The notes below the pieces were generated by a model. The model was not told the origin of the DNA, did not search any database, and worked only from the letters and a program-made list of their open reading frames with translations. This document shows, piece by piece, positions 26,851 through 36,972 of a DNA stretch of 53,319 nt (positions are counted from its first letter, which is position 1; each line of letters starts with the position of its first letter). The stretch comes from a virus (lineage: Duplodnaviria; Caudoviricetes). Location of the stretch: the IMG/VR virus record IMGVR_UViG_3300049795_000015, positions 1 to 53,319 of that record. The stretch is one strand, 5' to 3'. The translations under genes were made by a program, and so were the position numbers.

Positions 26851-29800
26851 CCTTGGCAACAAGTCGCTCGAAGACCTGTTAAAGACGTTTCACGACCTCA
26901 AGACGGCCCAAGAAGATTTCGCCAAGTCGGGCGACACGTCAACCAAGAGTCTGCGGGAACTCAAGCAAGACCTTAACGACCTTCGCGCTATCGGGCAGCA
27001 ACTCGCGTCCCGTGGCGCGTTGATCGATTCCTTCGAGAAAACTGCTACCGCCGTCGACCTTGCCGCGAAGAAGGTCGAGGAAGCACGGCAGCGCCTCCAA
27101 GCGTTTCAAGCAACACAGAAGGAAGGCGAAACCCTTTCCCGCAAGCAGGCGTCCGAGTACGCGAACCTGCAGAAGTCTCTCGCGAGTGCGGAAAAGGGCT
27201 TCACGAGCGCGACGACGCGCGCTGCCGCGTTGCAGGCACAACTCAAGACGATCGGGTCGGGCGACACCGACGCGGCCAAGGCAGGCCTGATTTCATTCGC
27301 GTCTCAAGTAGGCGAATCCCTCAAGAATTCCGAGTCGTCAATCCGCTCCTACGACGCCGCATTGCGCATCAAGCGCGAGGGCGAAGAGAGCGCGGTGCAG
27401 ACGACGGCCAAACTGGCCGAAGCGCAGCGCGAAGCCCTGGCGATGAACAAGGCGTTCGACGAGAAGGCCGGATTCAACAAGGTCGGACATGACGCCCTCG
27501 TCGCAGCGAATGCCGTCGACGTGCTCACGCGTGACTTCGAAAAACTGGCCGCGTCCGGCGTTCGGGGCGGTGACGGCATTCGCGCAATCCTAAACCCTTC
27601 GCAGGAAGCGATCAAAACACTGTCCGGCCTTGAAACCGAGATTGCAGCCGTCAACGCCAAACTCGACAGCGCCAAGACCGACAACGCTCTGCGCAACGAA
27701 ATCAAGGGTCTGCGCAGTGAGTACCTCGGCCTTGCGAGCGATGCCGGCAAAGCCGCGTCTCAGATCGCGGACGACATCGGCAAATACAAAACGCAGGAAG
27801 GCGTCGTCAATGACCTGCGGGAACGCTTCGTCGTCGCGCGCGAGGCCGTCCTGCAGTTCGCCAATCAAGTCGCGAAAGCAAACGCCCCTACGGACGAACT
27901 GAAGCGTTCTCTCGGCACGGCGCAGGCCGAACTCGCGTCTGTCGCGACGCAAGTCGAACGGGAAAGTGCCGCCTTCGCCAAGTTGCGGGCGACGCTGAAC
28001 GCCGCAGGCGTCGACGTAAAGAACCTAACACAGTCGGAAGAGCGCCTGAAAGCCGTGGCCGTCGAGGTCACGTCCGCACAAGACAAACTTGGCCTGTCGA
28101 CCCGCCAAGTTGGCGCTGGAGCAGCCGAAGCGGGTAAAGGCTTGTCGTTCTTCGAAAGCAACGGACGAACGAGCCTGTCGGTCGTGCAGCGCCTCCGTGG
28201 GCAGGTACTGAGCCTCATCGCTGCGCACATTGGCCTGGTTGCCGCCGTCAACCTGGTCAAAGAAGCGGTCAACAACCAGAACACGTTCCGCTCGATCGAA
28301 ATCGGTCTGCGCGTCGTGAGCGACGACGACAAGGTGAAGGCGACGGCGGATGTCGCCTACCTGCACGGTCTCGCGAATCGCCTCGGCGAGGTCTACGTCG
28401 ACCTCGGTAAGTCCTTTGCCAAGGTCGCGTTCGCCGGCAAAGCGGCCGGTCTATCGGATAACGCGATCAAGGCCACGTTCGAATCGTTCCTGGAAGTGTC
28501 AAAGGTATTCCATCTCACGCGCGAAGAGATTGACGGCGTGTTCCTGGCGCTGCAACAGGGCTTGTCGACCGGGCGCGTCAAGGCGCAGGACTTGAACCAG
28601 TTGGCGCAACGCCTGCCGGGTGCGTTCTCCGTCATCGCCGAGGCGTTGAAACAGCCTAACCAATCGATCAAGGACTTCAAGAAAGAACTGAGCGACCCGA
28701 ACAAGGGGTTCGACTCGAAGGGCTTTGTGCTTTTCGCGGACACCTTCCGGCAGAAAGTGGGCAAGGAATTGCCTGACGCGACGAAAAGCCTGCTGAGTGA
28801 AATCAACCGACTGCGCAACGCGATTAACGATCTGCTGAATGAGAAGTTCGGCGGCGACATGGAGTCGACACTGCGTCGCCTCGTGAGCCGTCTCGTCGAT
28901 TTCTTCCGGTCGGACGAAGGCAAGAAATTCGCGCAAGGACTCGCGGACACCTTCGCTAAAGTTTTTGAGGTACTGCGTGTCACGATCGATTACGTAAATG
29001 AAATCGTGATTCTGCTGAAGATCATGACCGGCCTGAAGGTAGCGGGGTTCTTCCTCAACATCGCGGCCGGCGCTACCGCAGCGTCGGTTGCCGGCGGGCG
29101 GTTTGCGACGATGCTTGCGGGTATTGGCACTCTGTTGAAGTCGTTGACGCTTCTGTCCGCAGTGTTCTTCGTCGTGTTCCAAATCGGTAAATACCTCGAC
29201 GACCAGTTCTACATCGTGCGCGCAGCGAGCAACAACATTGCCGAGTCGATCCTGTCGTTGATGCGTTCGGTGCCGGAATACTTCACCGTAGGGTGGGAAA
29301 AAGCGAAGGCAGTTTTCTATTCCGCCCTCGGCCTTATCGTCGAAGCGGTCTCCCTCGCAATGGGGCAGATCAACACGAAGACGGCCGGCACATTCGAAGC
29401 GCTGTCCAAGGTGCCGGGTCTAAGCGCACTGAGCAATGCCGCACAAGCGTTATTCGTCGAAGGGCAGAAGACGGCAACGGCGTTCGCAGACGGCTACGCG
29501 GCGAAGGCGAAAGAGGCGCAGAAGCGCGTAGCTGAGAGCAATGACCGTATCGCGGCCGAGATGAAGAAGTTTCAGTCGCGGCAGATGGTTGTGCAACTGG
29601 ACGATCCGCGATCGCCTATCAAACTGAAGACCGGCGCGGGACCGGGATCGACTCCGACCACGTTGACGGACGCCGAGCGGGAGCAAATCCGTAATGAGCT
29701 ACGCGGCCCCACTGGTCCGGACAAGAAACTGGAGGCGCTTGCTAAGTCGCTGTCGGACGACGTGTCGAAGATCATCGAAGACTTGGACAAGAGCGCGCAG

Positions 29801-31213
29801 GGCAATCTCGAAAAGCAGATCGAGGCGGCGACGCAGCACTTCGTCCTCCTGCAGAGCAAACTCAATGTTCTCGCCAAGGCGAGCCACAGCATCACCGTGG
29901 GAGACGAACAGTTCTCAGTCGCCCAAGTGCGCAAGCTGATTGGCGAGTACGAAGAGGTCATCAAGAAACGCATTACCGAGAAGTTCTATCAAGAGCAAAG
30001 CGCTAAGAATCAAAAGGCGTTCACCGATCTGGTCACGGAAAGCAAAGACGCGATCGCCGAAGTCGACGACAAGGTTGCGGCGGGCCTCATCACGCGCGAA
30101 CAAGGCTTGGTCAAACTTGCGGCAATCGACTTCAAGTATTCGGACTCGATCAAGAAAAACGCCGACATCGCCGTCGACGCCTTGCGCGCCATGCCTGCGG
30201 GAGTCTTCGAAAAACTCGGCGGTGAGAAACTGATTTCGGACATCGCGAAAGCGTCGGCCGGCGTCGAGGCCCTGAGTGCCAAAACGCGCGAAAACTTCTT
30301 CAAGAAAGACGTAACGACGGCCGAGAAAACGATCAACGACTTGCTCGACGTTCGCCGCTCAAAGGTCGAACTCGTCAACGCAGAAGTTGAACTCGGTCTA
30401 AAGACGCAACTGGAAGGCCAAGCAGAAATCAACAAGATCAATGTCCAATACTCGGGCGCGATCCTTGAAAATGCCGACAACCTGGTCAAACTGCTGCAGG
30501 CGTTGCCCCCGGACCTGTTCGTCAAACTCGGCGCCGAGAAGCTGATCGCGGACATACAGAAATCCGTGCTCGACGTGCGCGCCTTGCGTACCGAGGCGCA
30601 GAAATTAGGAAAGCAACTCGAAACCGAATTCGGCGAGGGCATGGGCACGGTCGTCGTCACGCTCGGGCAGGAACTCGGCAAGGTGCTGACCCACGCTGAA
30701 TCCCTTGGCGATGCCTTCCGCAATGCCGGTCGCGCCTTCCTGCAGTTCGCCTCGGATTTTCTGCTGAAGATCGCAGGTATGATCGCGAAGCAAGCAATCC
30801 TTAATGCGTTGCAGGCGGCGGCAAAAAGCAGCAGTAGCGGCAGCATCTTCACGACAATCGCGACGGCCATTGCGGGCAGCGCGCACGGCGGCGCGATCAT
30901 CGGCGGTAGCGGTATGGTGCCGCGTGAAGTAAGTCCGGCCTGGTTCCAAAATGCGCAACGTTTTCATACGGGCGGCATGCCCGGTTTGCGCGCCGACGAA
31001 GTGCCGGCCATTCTGCTGACGGGTGAAGAGGTCTTGAATAAGACGGACCCGCGCAATCGGCTCAACGGCGGCGCGTCAGGCGGCGGTACGCGCATTGTCA
31101 ACGTGCTCGACCCCGACCTCGCACGTGATTTCATGGAGTCGTCGGCCGGCGAGAAGATCATCCTAAACCATATCAAGCGTAACGGCAGTGCCGTCAAGCA
31201 GATCGTAGGATAG
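26804..31213 (+). CDS. Tape measure protein
   Basis: 1469 aa, Ala-rich helical; QDLNQLAQRLPGA; C-terminal FHTGG..EVPAIL..GEEVL. Confidence 0.93.
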   Translation: MATTRKEVELRITANDLGNKSLEDLLKTFHDLKTAQEDFAKSGDTSTKSLRELKQDLNDLRAIGQQLASRGALIDSFEKTATAVDLAAKKVEEARQRLQAFQATQKEGETLSRKQASEYANLQKSLASAEKGFTSATTRAAALQAQLKTIGSGDTDAAKAGLISFASQVGESLKNSESSIRSYDAALRIKREGEESAVQTTAKLAEAQREALAMNKAFDEKAGFNKVGHDALVAANAVDVLTRDFEKLAASGVRGGDGIRAILNPSQEAIKTLSGLETEIAAVNAKLDSAKTDNALRNEIKGLRSEYLGLASDAGKAASQIADDIGKYKTQEGVVNDLRERFVVAREAVLQFANQVAKANAPTDELKRSLGTAQAELASVATQVERESAAFAKLRATLNAAGVDVKNLTQSEERLKAVAVEVTSAQDKLGLSTRQVGAGAAEAGKGLSFFESNGRTSLSVVQRLRGQVLSLIAAHIGLVAAVNLVKEAVNNQNTFRSIEIGLRVVSDDDKVKATADVAYLHGLANRLGEVYVDLGKSFAKVAFAGKAAGLSDNAIKATFESFLEVSKVFHLTREEIDGVFLALQQGLSTGRVKAQDLNQLAQRLPGAFSVIAEALKQPNQSIKDFKKELSDPNKGFDSKGFVLFADTFRQKVGKELPDATKSLLSEINRLRNAINDLLNEKFGGDMESTLRRLVSRLVDFFRSDEGKKFAQGLADTFAKVFEVLRVTIDYVNEIVILLKIMTGLKVAGFFLNIAAGATAASVAGGRFATMLAGIGTLLKSLTLLSAVFFVVFQIGKYLDDQFYIVRAASNNIAESILSLMRSVPEYFTVGWEKAKAVFYSALGLIVEAVSLAMGQINTKTAGTFEALSKVPGLSALSNAAQALFVEGQKTATAFADGYAAKAKEAQKRVAESNDRIAAEMKKFQSRQMVVQLDDPRSPIKLKTGAGPGSTPTTLTDAEREQIRNELRGPTGPDKKLEALAKSLSDDVSKIIEDLDKSAQGNLEKQIEAATQHFVLLQSKLNVLAKASHSITVGDEQFSVAQVRKLIGEYEEVIKKRITEKFYQEQSAKNQKAFTDLVTESKDAIAEVDDKVAAGLITREQGLVKLAAIDFKYSDSIKKNADIAVDALRAMPAGVFEKLGGEKLISDIAKASAGVEALSAKTRENFFKKDVTTAEKTINDLLDVRRSKVELVNAEVELGLKTQLEGQAEINKINVQYSGAILENADNLVKLLQALPPDLFVKLGAEKLIADIQKSVLDVRALRTEAQKLGKQLETEFGEGMGTVVVTLGQELGKVLTHAESLGDAFRNAGRAFLQFASDFLLKIAGMIAKQAILNALQAAAKSSSSGSIFTTIATAIAGSAHGGAIIGGSGMVPREVSPAWFQNAQRFHTGGMPGLRADEVPAILLTGEEVLNKTDPRNRLNGGASGGGTRIVNVLDPDLARDFMESSAGEKIILNHIKRNGSAVKQIVG

Positions 31214-31214
31214 C

Positions 31215-32387
31215 ATGACGATCTTCGCCTTCCGCCCCAACTGGTCCGATCCGTTTCTCGATCGCCTTGAGTGGCTAACGAACGTTCTGCCGTCCCGCAA
31301 CGGCACGGAACAACGCGTTCGCTTGCGGGACGTGCCGCGTCGGTCATTCGAGTTTTCCGTAGCAGCCGTCAGGAATGAGTTCCAATACCTCGACACTTTG
31401 CTCGCGGCGAAGCAGTCGAACCTCTTGACCGTACCCTTCTGGCCCGATAAAAGTAGCCTACCGATCACTTACGCGTCGGGGGCTACCGTTTTTGCGATTG
31501 ACACCTCTTGCCGGGACTATCACGTCGGAGGAAAGCTGGTCCTTGGCACCGATGCGCTACATTGCGAAGAACTGACTATCTTGTCCCTGACGAGTTCGAG
31601 CGTCACAACGGTCGCGGGGTCTCTGCGAACATGGCTCGCAGGATCGTACATCGTGCCTGCGAGGGCCTGCCGTCTCAATCCGAGTATGTCGGTAGTGCGC
31701 CCTACGGCGAAGGTCTCTACCGCCCGCGTGCAGTTCACGGTAGACGACCTGACATCGATCGACGCCGCTTGGGATACTTCCTATCAGTTCGCAAGCGTTG
31801 AAGTAATGGTGCGTAAGCCGAATCGCGTTGATAACGTGACGGCGGAATATCGACGACTGCAGGAAATCCTCGACTACACGACCGGCGTTACCGAGATTGA
31901 CGATTTAGGCGCGCGCCCTTTCAACGTTCGCAGCTACTCCTACTTGCTGAAAGATCGGGCTGCGATCCAGGCGTACCGCGCATGGCTGCACCAGCGGGCG
32001 GGGCAAGCCGAGCCGTTCTGGTCCCCCACGTGGGAGCGCAATTTCGAACTGCACGGAACCCAAGACGGCGGCGCTACGCTCATCGTCGAGAACCAAGGCA
32101 TGTCGACGTACCTCAACGGAGTAGGCGGGCGGGGCAATATCGCAATGCGGCGTAGGGACGGCACATGGGTCTTTCGCGCGATATCTAGCTGCGCCACAAA
32201 TGCGGACCCCGACTTAGAAAACATCGTACTGGCAACTGCGGTAGGGGGCGGCACAACTACTCCGAGCGACTGGTCTTTGTGTTGCTTCATGGAACACGTT
32301 GTACTAAACTCGGACGCAGTTGAAATTTCCTACGTGACGAATTCCGTAGCGACAGCCAACGTAGCCACGCGGAGTGTGACCGTATGA
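31215..32387 (+). CDS. Minor tail (distal tail) protein
   Basis: PNW..LEWLT.V..S..GTEQR..LR..PRR; follows TMP. Confidence 0.85.
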   Translation: MTIFAFRPNWSDPFLDRLEWLTNVLPSRNGTEQRVRLRDVPRRSFEFSVAAVRNEFQYLDTLLAAKQSNLLTVPFWPDKSSLPITYASGATVFAIDTSCRDYHVGGKLVLGTDALHCEELTILSLTSSSVTTVAGSLRTWLAGSYIVPARACRLNPSMSVVRPTAKVSTARVQFTVDDLTSIDAAWDTSYQFASVEVMVRKPNRVDNVTAEYRRLQEILDYTTGVTEIDDLGARPFNVRSYSYLLKDRAAIQAYRAWLHQRAGQAEPFWSPTWERNFELHGTQDGGATLIVENQGMSTYLNGVGGRGNIAMRRRDGTWVFRAISSCATNADPDLENIVLATAVGGGTTTPSDWSLCCFMEHVVLNSDAVEISYVTNSVATANVATRSVTV

Positions 32388-33199
32388 GTTTCCTGTCTAC
32401 TGAACTAAGCGCCCTATTCGGAAGCCCCTTCGAGCTGTACGAGTTCACGAACGGGTCGACTACGTGGCGGTACACCAGTGGGCGTACGGCGCGCGACTCT
32501 ATGGGGCACACGTGGGAACCGCGCGCTCTCAAACGAAGCGCGATCGAAGAAAATAGGGAATTCTCACGTTCAGCGATTAGCGTTTCTGCGCCCCGGACTC
32601 TCCCGGTCGCGGTACAGTTTATCGCGTCGCCCCCCGAAGGGGTCCTGCAACTCGTAATTTACCGGGGACACGACCGTGACGACGCGCATGATGTCGTTGT
32701 ATATTGGCGCGGGCGTGTTGCCGCCGTGGGGTTCTCGGGGAGCGAAGCGACGCTCAAATGCGATACGGCGTACACGGGCATACAGTCTTCCGGTCGGCGC
32801 GTCACTTACTCAATCCCTTGTCAGCGAAGTCTCTACAACCCTGGCTGCAACGCCAATCGGGACCTGTTTAAAGTGAGCGGTTCTGTCGCGTCTTTCACTG
32901 GGTCGAGCGTGACCGCTGACGCGTTTGGCACGCATCCTGACGGGTGGTTCGCCGGCGGGGAGTTCAACGTCACCATCGGGGGGGAAGTATTACGTCGACT
33001 AATCCTAGACCACGTTGGCACAACAGTGCTCTTAATGGGCGCACCCTACGGCCTTGCGGTATCCGATACCTTTGACGCCTTTGCCGGGTGCGACCGTAGC
33101 GCTCCTGTGTGCCACGGAAAGTTTGACAACATCCTCAACTACGGCGGGTTCCCGTGGAAGCCCTTGAAAAACCCTTTTACCGGCGATAGCGTCTACTGA
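32384..33199 (+). CDS. Tail tip/hub protein (BR0599-like, Fe-S Cys)
   Basis: PFELYEF, CQRSLY..GC, GCDRS..C..KFDNILNYGGFP. Confidence 0.88.
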   Translation: MSFLSTELSALFGSPFELYEFTNGSTTWRYTSGRTARDSMGHTWEPRALKRSAIEENREFSRSAISVSAPRTLPVAVQFIASPPEGVLQLVIYRGHDRDDAHDVVVYWRGRVAAVGFSGSEATLKCDTAYTGIQSSGRRVTYSIPCQRSLYNPGCNANRDLFKVSGSVASFTGSSVTADAFGTHPDGWFAGGEFNVTIGGEVLRRLILDHVGTTVLLMGAPYGLAVSDTFDAFAGCDRSAPVCHGKFDNILNYGGFPWKPLKNPFTGDSVY

Positions 33200-33200
33200 C

Positions 33201-33434
33201 ATGTTTATACAACTCATTATCGCGATCATCATCGCACTCGTTAGCTACTTGCTTGCGCCTAAGCCGCCGCGACCGACCGACGCCGTGCCCCAAACCCCGG
33301 ATGGCATTCCGACGATCGACGACACCGCCGTGGTCGGGGTATTGTTCGGCACGCGAGTCTTGAAACAAAACAATGTCGTGTGGTACGGGGACTTGAAGAC
33401 GACGCCAATTAAGCTGTCGAGCGGAGGTAAGTGA
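33201..33434 (+). CDS. Small tail assembly protein
   Basis: Hydrophobic N-terminus; VLFGT..NVVWYGD. Confidence 0.8.
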   Translation: MFIQLIIAIIIALVSYLLAPKPPRPTDAVPQTPDGIPTIDDTAVVGVLFGTRVLKQNNVVWYGDLKTTPIKLSSGGK

Positions 33435-33625
33435 TGTCGCTAGTTACTCACACGCACGCCAAGGAACTCGGCTATTGCAACGCCGGTTTGCGCCGTTGGT
33501 GTGCAGTGACAGGCGTTGACTACCGCGAGTTCCTGCTGCACGGAATTTCGTCCGTTACGCTGAAGTCGTTCGACGACGCAATGGCTACACGTTTAGCCGA
33601 ATACGTCGAGGGGGGATCGCGATGA
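33434..33625 (+). CDS. Small tail assembly protein
   Basis: GYCNAGLRRW..G.D..EFL..GI..DAMA. Confidence 0.8.
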   Translation: MSLVTHTHAKELGYCNAGLRRWCAVTGVDYREFLLHGISSVTLKSFDDAMATRLAEYVEGGSR

Positions 33626-36600
33626 GCAAAAAAGGCGGCGGCGACGTTACCGTAGGATTTCGCTATTTCCTGGGCCTGCACATGGCGATTTGTCACGGGC
33701 CGATCGACAAATTGCGCGAAGTCATCGTAGGCGACGCAACCGTGTGGCCTCTTGCGGTCAATTCTCCGACGCTCGATACGACCGATGCGCAGGCGATCGG
33801 TCGTGCGGCAGCGCCCTATGCGAATCCGTCCGGGCGTGCCTCAGGGGCCGCGCCTCTTCCTGAAGGCGCGACGGCTCCGGTCCCGACCGTAGGCCCCGTA
33901 GGGCTTGCAACGACCCCGCTTACGTCCAGTGGGACGATCTACATCAATGCGCCTGAAGTGTTCGGCGGGGACAAGAAAGAAGGCGGCGTGCAAGGATTTG
34001 TCGACGTTATGTTCGGCGAAGCTACCCAAGGGGCTAACGCCTACTTGCAAAACATCCTCGGGGCGGCGATGCCCGCCTTTCGCGGGGTGTTGAGTATCGT
34101 CGCGAAACAAGTGTACGTTGCCTCGCTCAATCCCTACCTCAAACCTTGGTCGATTTATGCTACGCGCATTTATACCGACTATAAAGGCGACACTCAATGG
34201 TACGCGGAGAAGGCGGGCATCCGCACGCCGAATACAGACGCGTCTACTACCGAAACAATTGACGGCTATTTCTTCGTCGCCGCAGGCACCGCATGTGCCG
34301 TAGGACCGGGGACTTTTACCTCCGACTTCCAGGGGAACGTAATGGAGGTCGGGTTTGCCGCCGTCGCAGTAGGAAATGCGGCGCGTCACGCGGCAGACCC
34401 GAGCGCAACGCTGTACTACATGACACGAGCGTACTGGACGCCTGCAGTAGACGGCACGGGCGAGCACATCATCGCGATGGGCAACTCGAATAACAACGCG
34501 TACGAAGAGGACATCGGAATTTCTTCGATTCACGTTACTAGAGTGTGCCCGACTGGGTACGCAACGTCAACCGCCCCTGATACGGTGAACGATGTAATCT
34601 GCACCTACACGATCCCTTCCGTTACCGACCACACGGAAACGGTCTTCGGGACTTTTCAATTAGCTGTGATGACTGCGGACAACGCCGTCGTACCGGAAGG
34701 CGCCCTGGCCCCGATGACCGGGACGATCGCCGATATCGGACGTGCCGCCGTGGCCGCGCGCAATGTCGCAGATGGACCGGGCGGCAGCTACGGGTCCGGC
34801 ATCGTCTCTACTTTCGTAGATGCATACCTTGACGACGGAACGGGAGGCGTATTTCCCCCCGGACCCTTCGGCGTCGACCTCGCAAGAGTACAGGCGATGG
34901 GCACTGCGGTAGTGGACCCGCCGTACAACCCCGTGCATCACGACTATGCGTACGGCGGCATCGCGGCCGTCTTCGTAAAACCCCTCTGCCCTGCGGGATA
35001 CACAGCATCGTGGGACGGCACAAATGTTGTGTGTTCTATCCACGTTTCGGCGCACGACATTTCCGTAGTCACAGTCGAGGGAACCCCGTTGTGCCCTCCC
35101 GTGTCGGGCTACCCGGACGGGGTAGCGGCCAATGCCGACACCGATAAAGTGATCTGCACGCGGGAAGTCGCTGCTGACGTTCTTGACATGAACCCGGCGC
35201 ACATGATCCGCGAGTGTCTGATCGTGCCAACGTGGGGTAAAGGATACGCCCCGGAACTGTTGGATGACATTTCGTTCGTTGCTTGCGCCGACACCCTTTA
35301 CGCGGAAGGCTTGGGGATGTCGTTGGAGTGGGTTGACACTGGTGACGTTGATGCGCTAATCGACGTGATCCTGCAGCACATAGACGGGGCGTTGTACTCC
35401 GATCGCGCAACGGGCCTGTGGACGCTCTCCCTCGTCCGCGGCGATTACGATGTAGAAACGATCCCTTCCTTCACCCCGGAGAACATTCAGAACCTGCAGG
35501 ACTTCCAGCGGCCTGCTACGTCGGAACTCATCAACCAAGTGATCCTGACGTACTGGAACCGACAGACGCGCAAAGACACTCCGCTCACGATCGATAATCA
35601 ACCGCTGCAAAATGCCAATGGCGGCATCGTGAGTTCCCGCGCGGTAGACCGAACCGGGTTCTCCGACGCAACCGTAGCGTCTCGAATCGCGCAGCGCGAA
35701 TTGCGGTCAGTGTCCACGCCGTTGGCGTCCGGCACCTTGCTCGTCAATCGTGCGGGCTTGGCCCTTCACATCGGCTCGCCTTTTAAACTCACTTGGCCGG
35801 AACTCGGTCTTGCTGATCTTGTCATGCGTGTCGCAGCGATCGACTACGGAACACTTACAGAGGGCGGCATTCGCGTGACGGCGATAGAAGACGTGTTCGC
35901 GACGCCGACGACGCAACTCATCGTAACCCCTATGACCTCGTGGGTTGACGGACGGCAGGCTCCGCAGGCCCCTTCTTACCGCTACGTTGGCGAGACCCCT
36001 TACTGGACGATCATCAAGCAAATAACTGGCGAGTCCACAACGTACAGCCAGTTGGACCCGACATCCGGCCTCTTGGCGGTTTCGGGCGTGAGGGCGAGCG
36101 CCGATACTACGGAAGCAAACGTATGGACACGACAAGGAACCGCAGGGTACACCAAGGCGGGTCCTGGCCTTATGTGCGCAACCGTCGTGATTGCAGCGGC
36201 CGCAAACCGCACCGACTCCATGTTTGCGTTCTCGGCGGCGGTCGATTCGGATCGCATCCGTTCGGGGTCCTATGCCGCGTGGGATGATGAGTTCGTCTTG
36301 GTGTACGACTTCAACGCCGAGACCGGAGTAATAACCTTGGCCCGTGGCGTACTAGATACGATCCCTGGAGCGCACGGCGTCAACTCCCGTTTGCTGTTTA
36401 TTGAAGGGTTTCAGTACCTGGGTGTCGATGAGTACGCAGATACCGAAGTTGTCGACGTAAAAATTCTACCGAAGACCGGGAGCGGCGAACTTGACTTGGC
36501 TGCGGGCGTCGAAGACGTGTACACCTTCGCGCACCGGCATATCCGGCCGTATCCTCCGGGGAACGTGAAATTACAAAACGCCCGCTGGCCGGCGCTCATC

Positions 36601-36954
36601 AACGGGGTCGCCACGCTGACGTACGCGCATCGAAACCGCCTTACGCAAACGGCGTACTTAGTAGGCTTTTTCGAAGGCAGCGTTGCGACGGAGGCCGGGG
36701 TCACGTACTGCGTGGATATCCACGGCGATGGCGGCACGTTGAAGAGGTCCGTCACGGGACTGACGGCCGCTAGTTACTCCTACGCCGAAGCGGATGAGTT
36801 AGCCGACAACGGAGGGCAACCGAACAGCACCTTGACGTTCGACGTGTGGTCGGTTCGCGGCACCTACGCCTCGTGGCAGCGATACACGAACATTTCTCTC
36901 CGGTACGACTACGGAACCGGCTACGGAAATTATTACGGCGGCGCTCTCTCCTGA
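33622..36954 (+). CDS. Central tail fibre/tip attachment protein
   Basis: GFRYFLGLHM..CHGP, FGGDKKEGG, DMNPAHMIRECL, RGVLDT, RPYPPGNV. Confidence 0.9.
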   Translation: MSKKGGGDVTVGFRYFLGLHMAICHGPIDKLREVIVGDATVWPLAVNSPTLDTTDAQAIGRAAAPYANPSGRASGAAPLPEGATAPVPTVGPVGLATTPLTSSGTIYINAPEVFGGDKKEGGVQGFVDVMFGEATQGANAYLQNILGAAMPAFRGVLSIVAKQVYVASLNPYLKPWSIYATRIYTDYKGDTQWYAEKAGIRTPNTDASTTETIDGYFFVAAGTACAVGPGTFTSDFQGNVMEVGFAAVAVGNAARHAADPSATLYYMTRAYWTPAVDGTGEHIIAMGNSNNNAYEEDIGISSIHVTRVCPTGYATSTAPDTVNDVICTYTIPSVTDHTETVFGTFQLAVMTADNAVVPEGALAPMTGTIADIGRAAVAARNVADGPGGSYGSGIVSTFVDAYLDDGTGGVFPPGPFGVDLARVQAMGTAVVDPPYNPVHHDYAYGGIAAVFVKPLCPAGYTASWDGTNVVCSIHVSAHDISVVTVEGTPLCPPVSGYPDGVAANADTDKVICTREVAADVLDMNPAHMIRECLIVPTWGKGYAPELLDDISFVACADTLYAEGLGMSLEWVDTGDVDALIDVILQHIDGALYSDRATGLWTLSLVRGDYDVETIPSFTPENIQNLQDFQRPATSELINQVILTYWNRQTRKDTPLTIDNQPLQNANGGIVSSRAVDRTGFSDATVASRIAQRELRSVSTPLASGTLLVNRAGLALHIGSPFKLTWPELGLADLVMRVAAIDYGTLTEGGIRVTAIEDVFATPTTQLIVTPMTSWVDGRQAPQAPSYRYVGETPYWTIIKQITGESTTYSQLDPTSGLLAVSGVRASADTTEANVWTRQGTAGYTKAGPGLMCATVVIAAAANRTDSMFAFSAAVDSDRIRSGSYAAWDDEFVLVYDFNAETGVITLARGVLDTIPGAHGVNSRLLFIEGFQYLGVDEYADTEVVDVKILPKTGSGELDLAAGVEDVYTFAHRHIRPYPPGNVKLQNARWPALINGVATLTYAHRNRLTQTAYLVGFFEGSVATEAGVTYCVDIHGDGGTLKRSVTGLTAASYSYAEADELADNGGQPNSTLTFDVWSVRGTYASWQRYTNISLRYDYGTGYGNYYGGALS

Positions 36955-36972
36955 CACTAACGAAAGAAAAAC

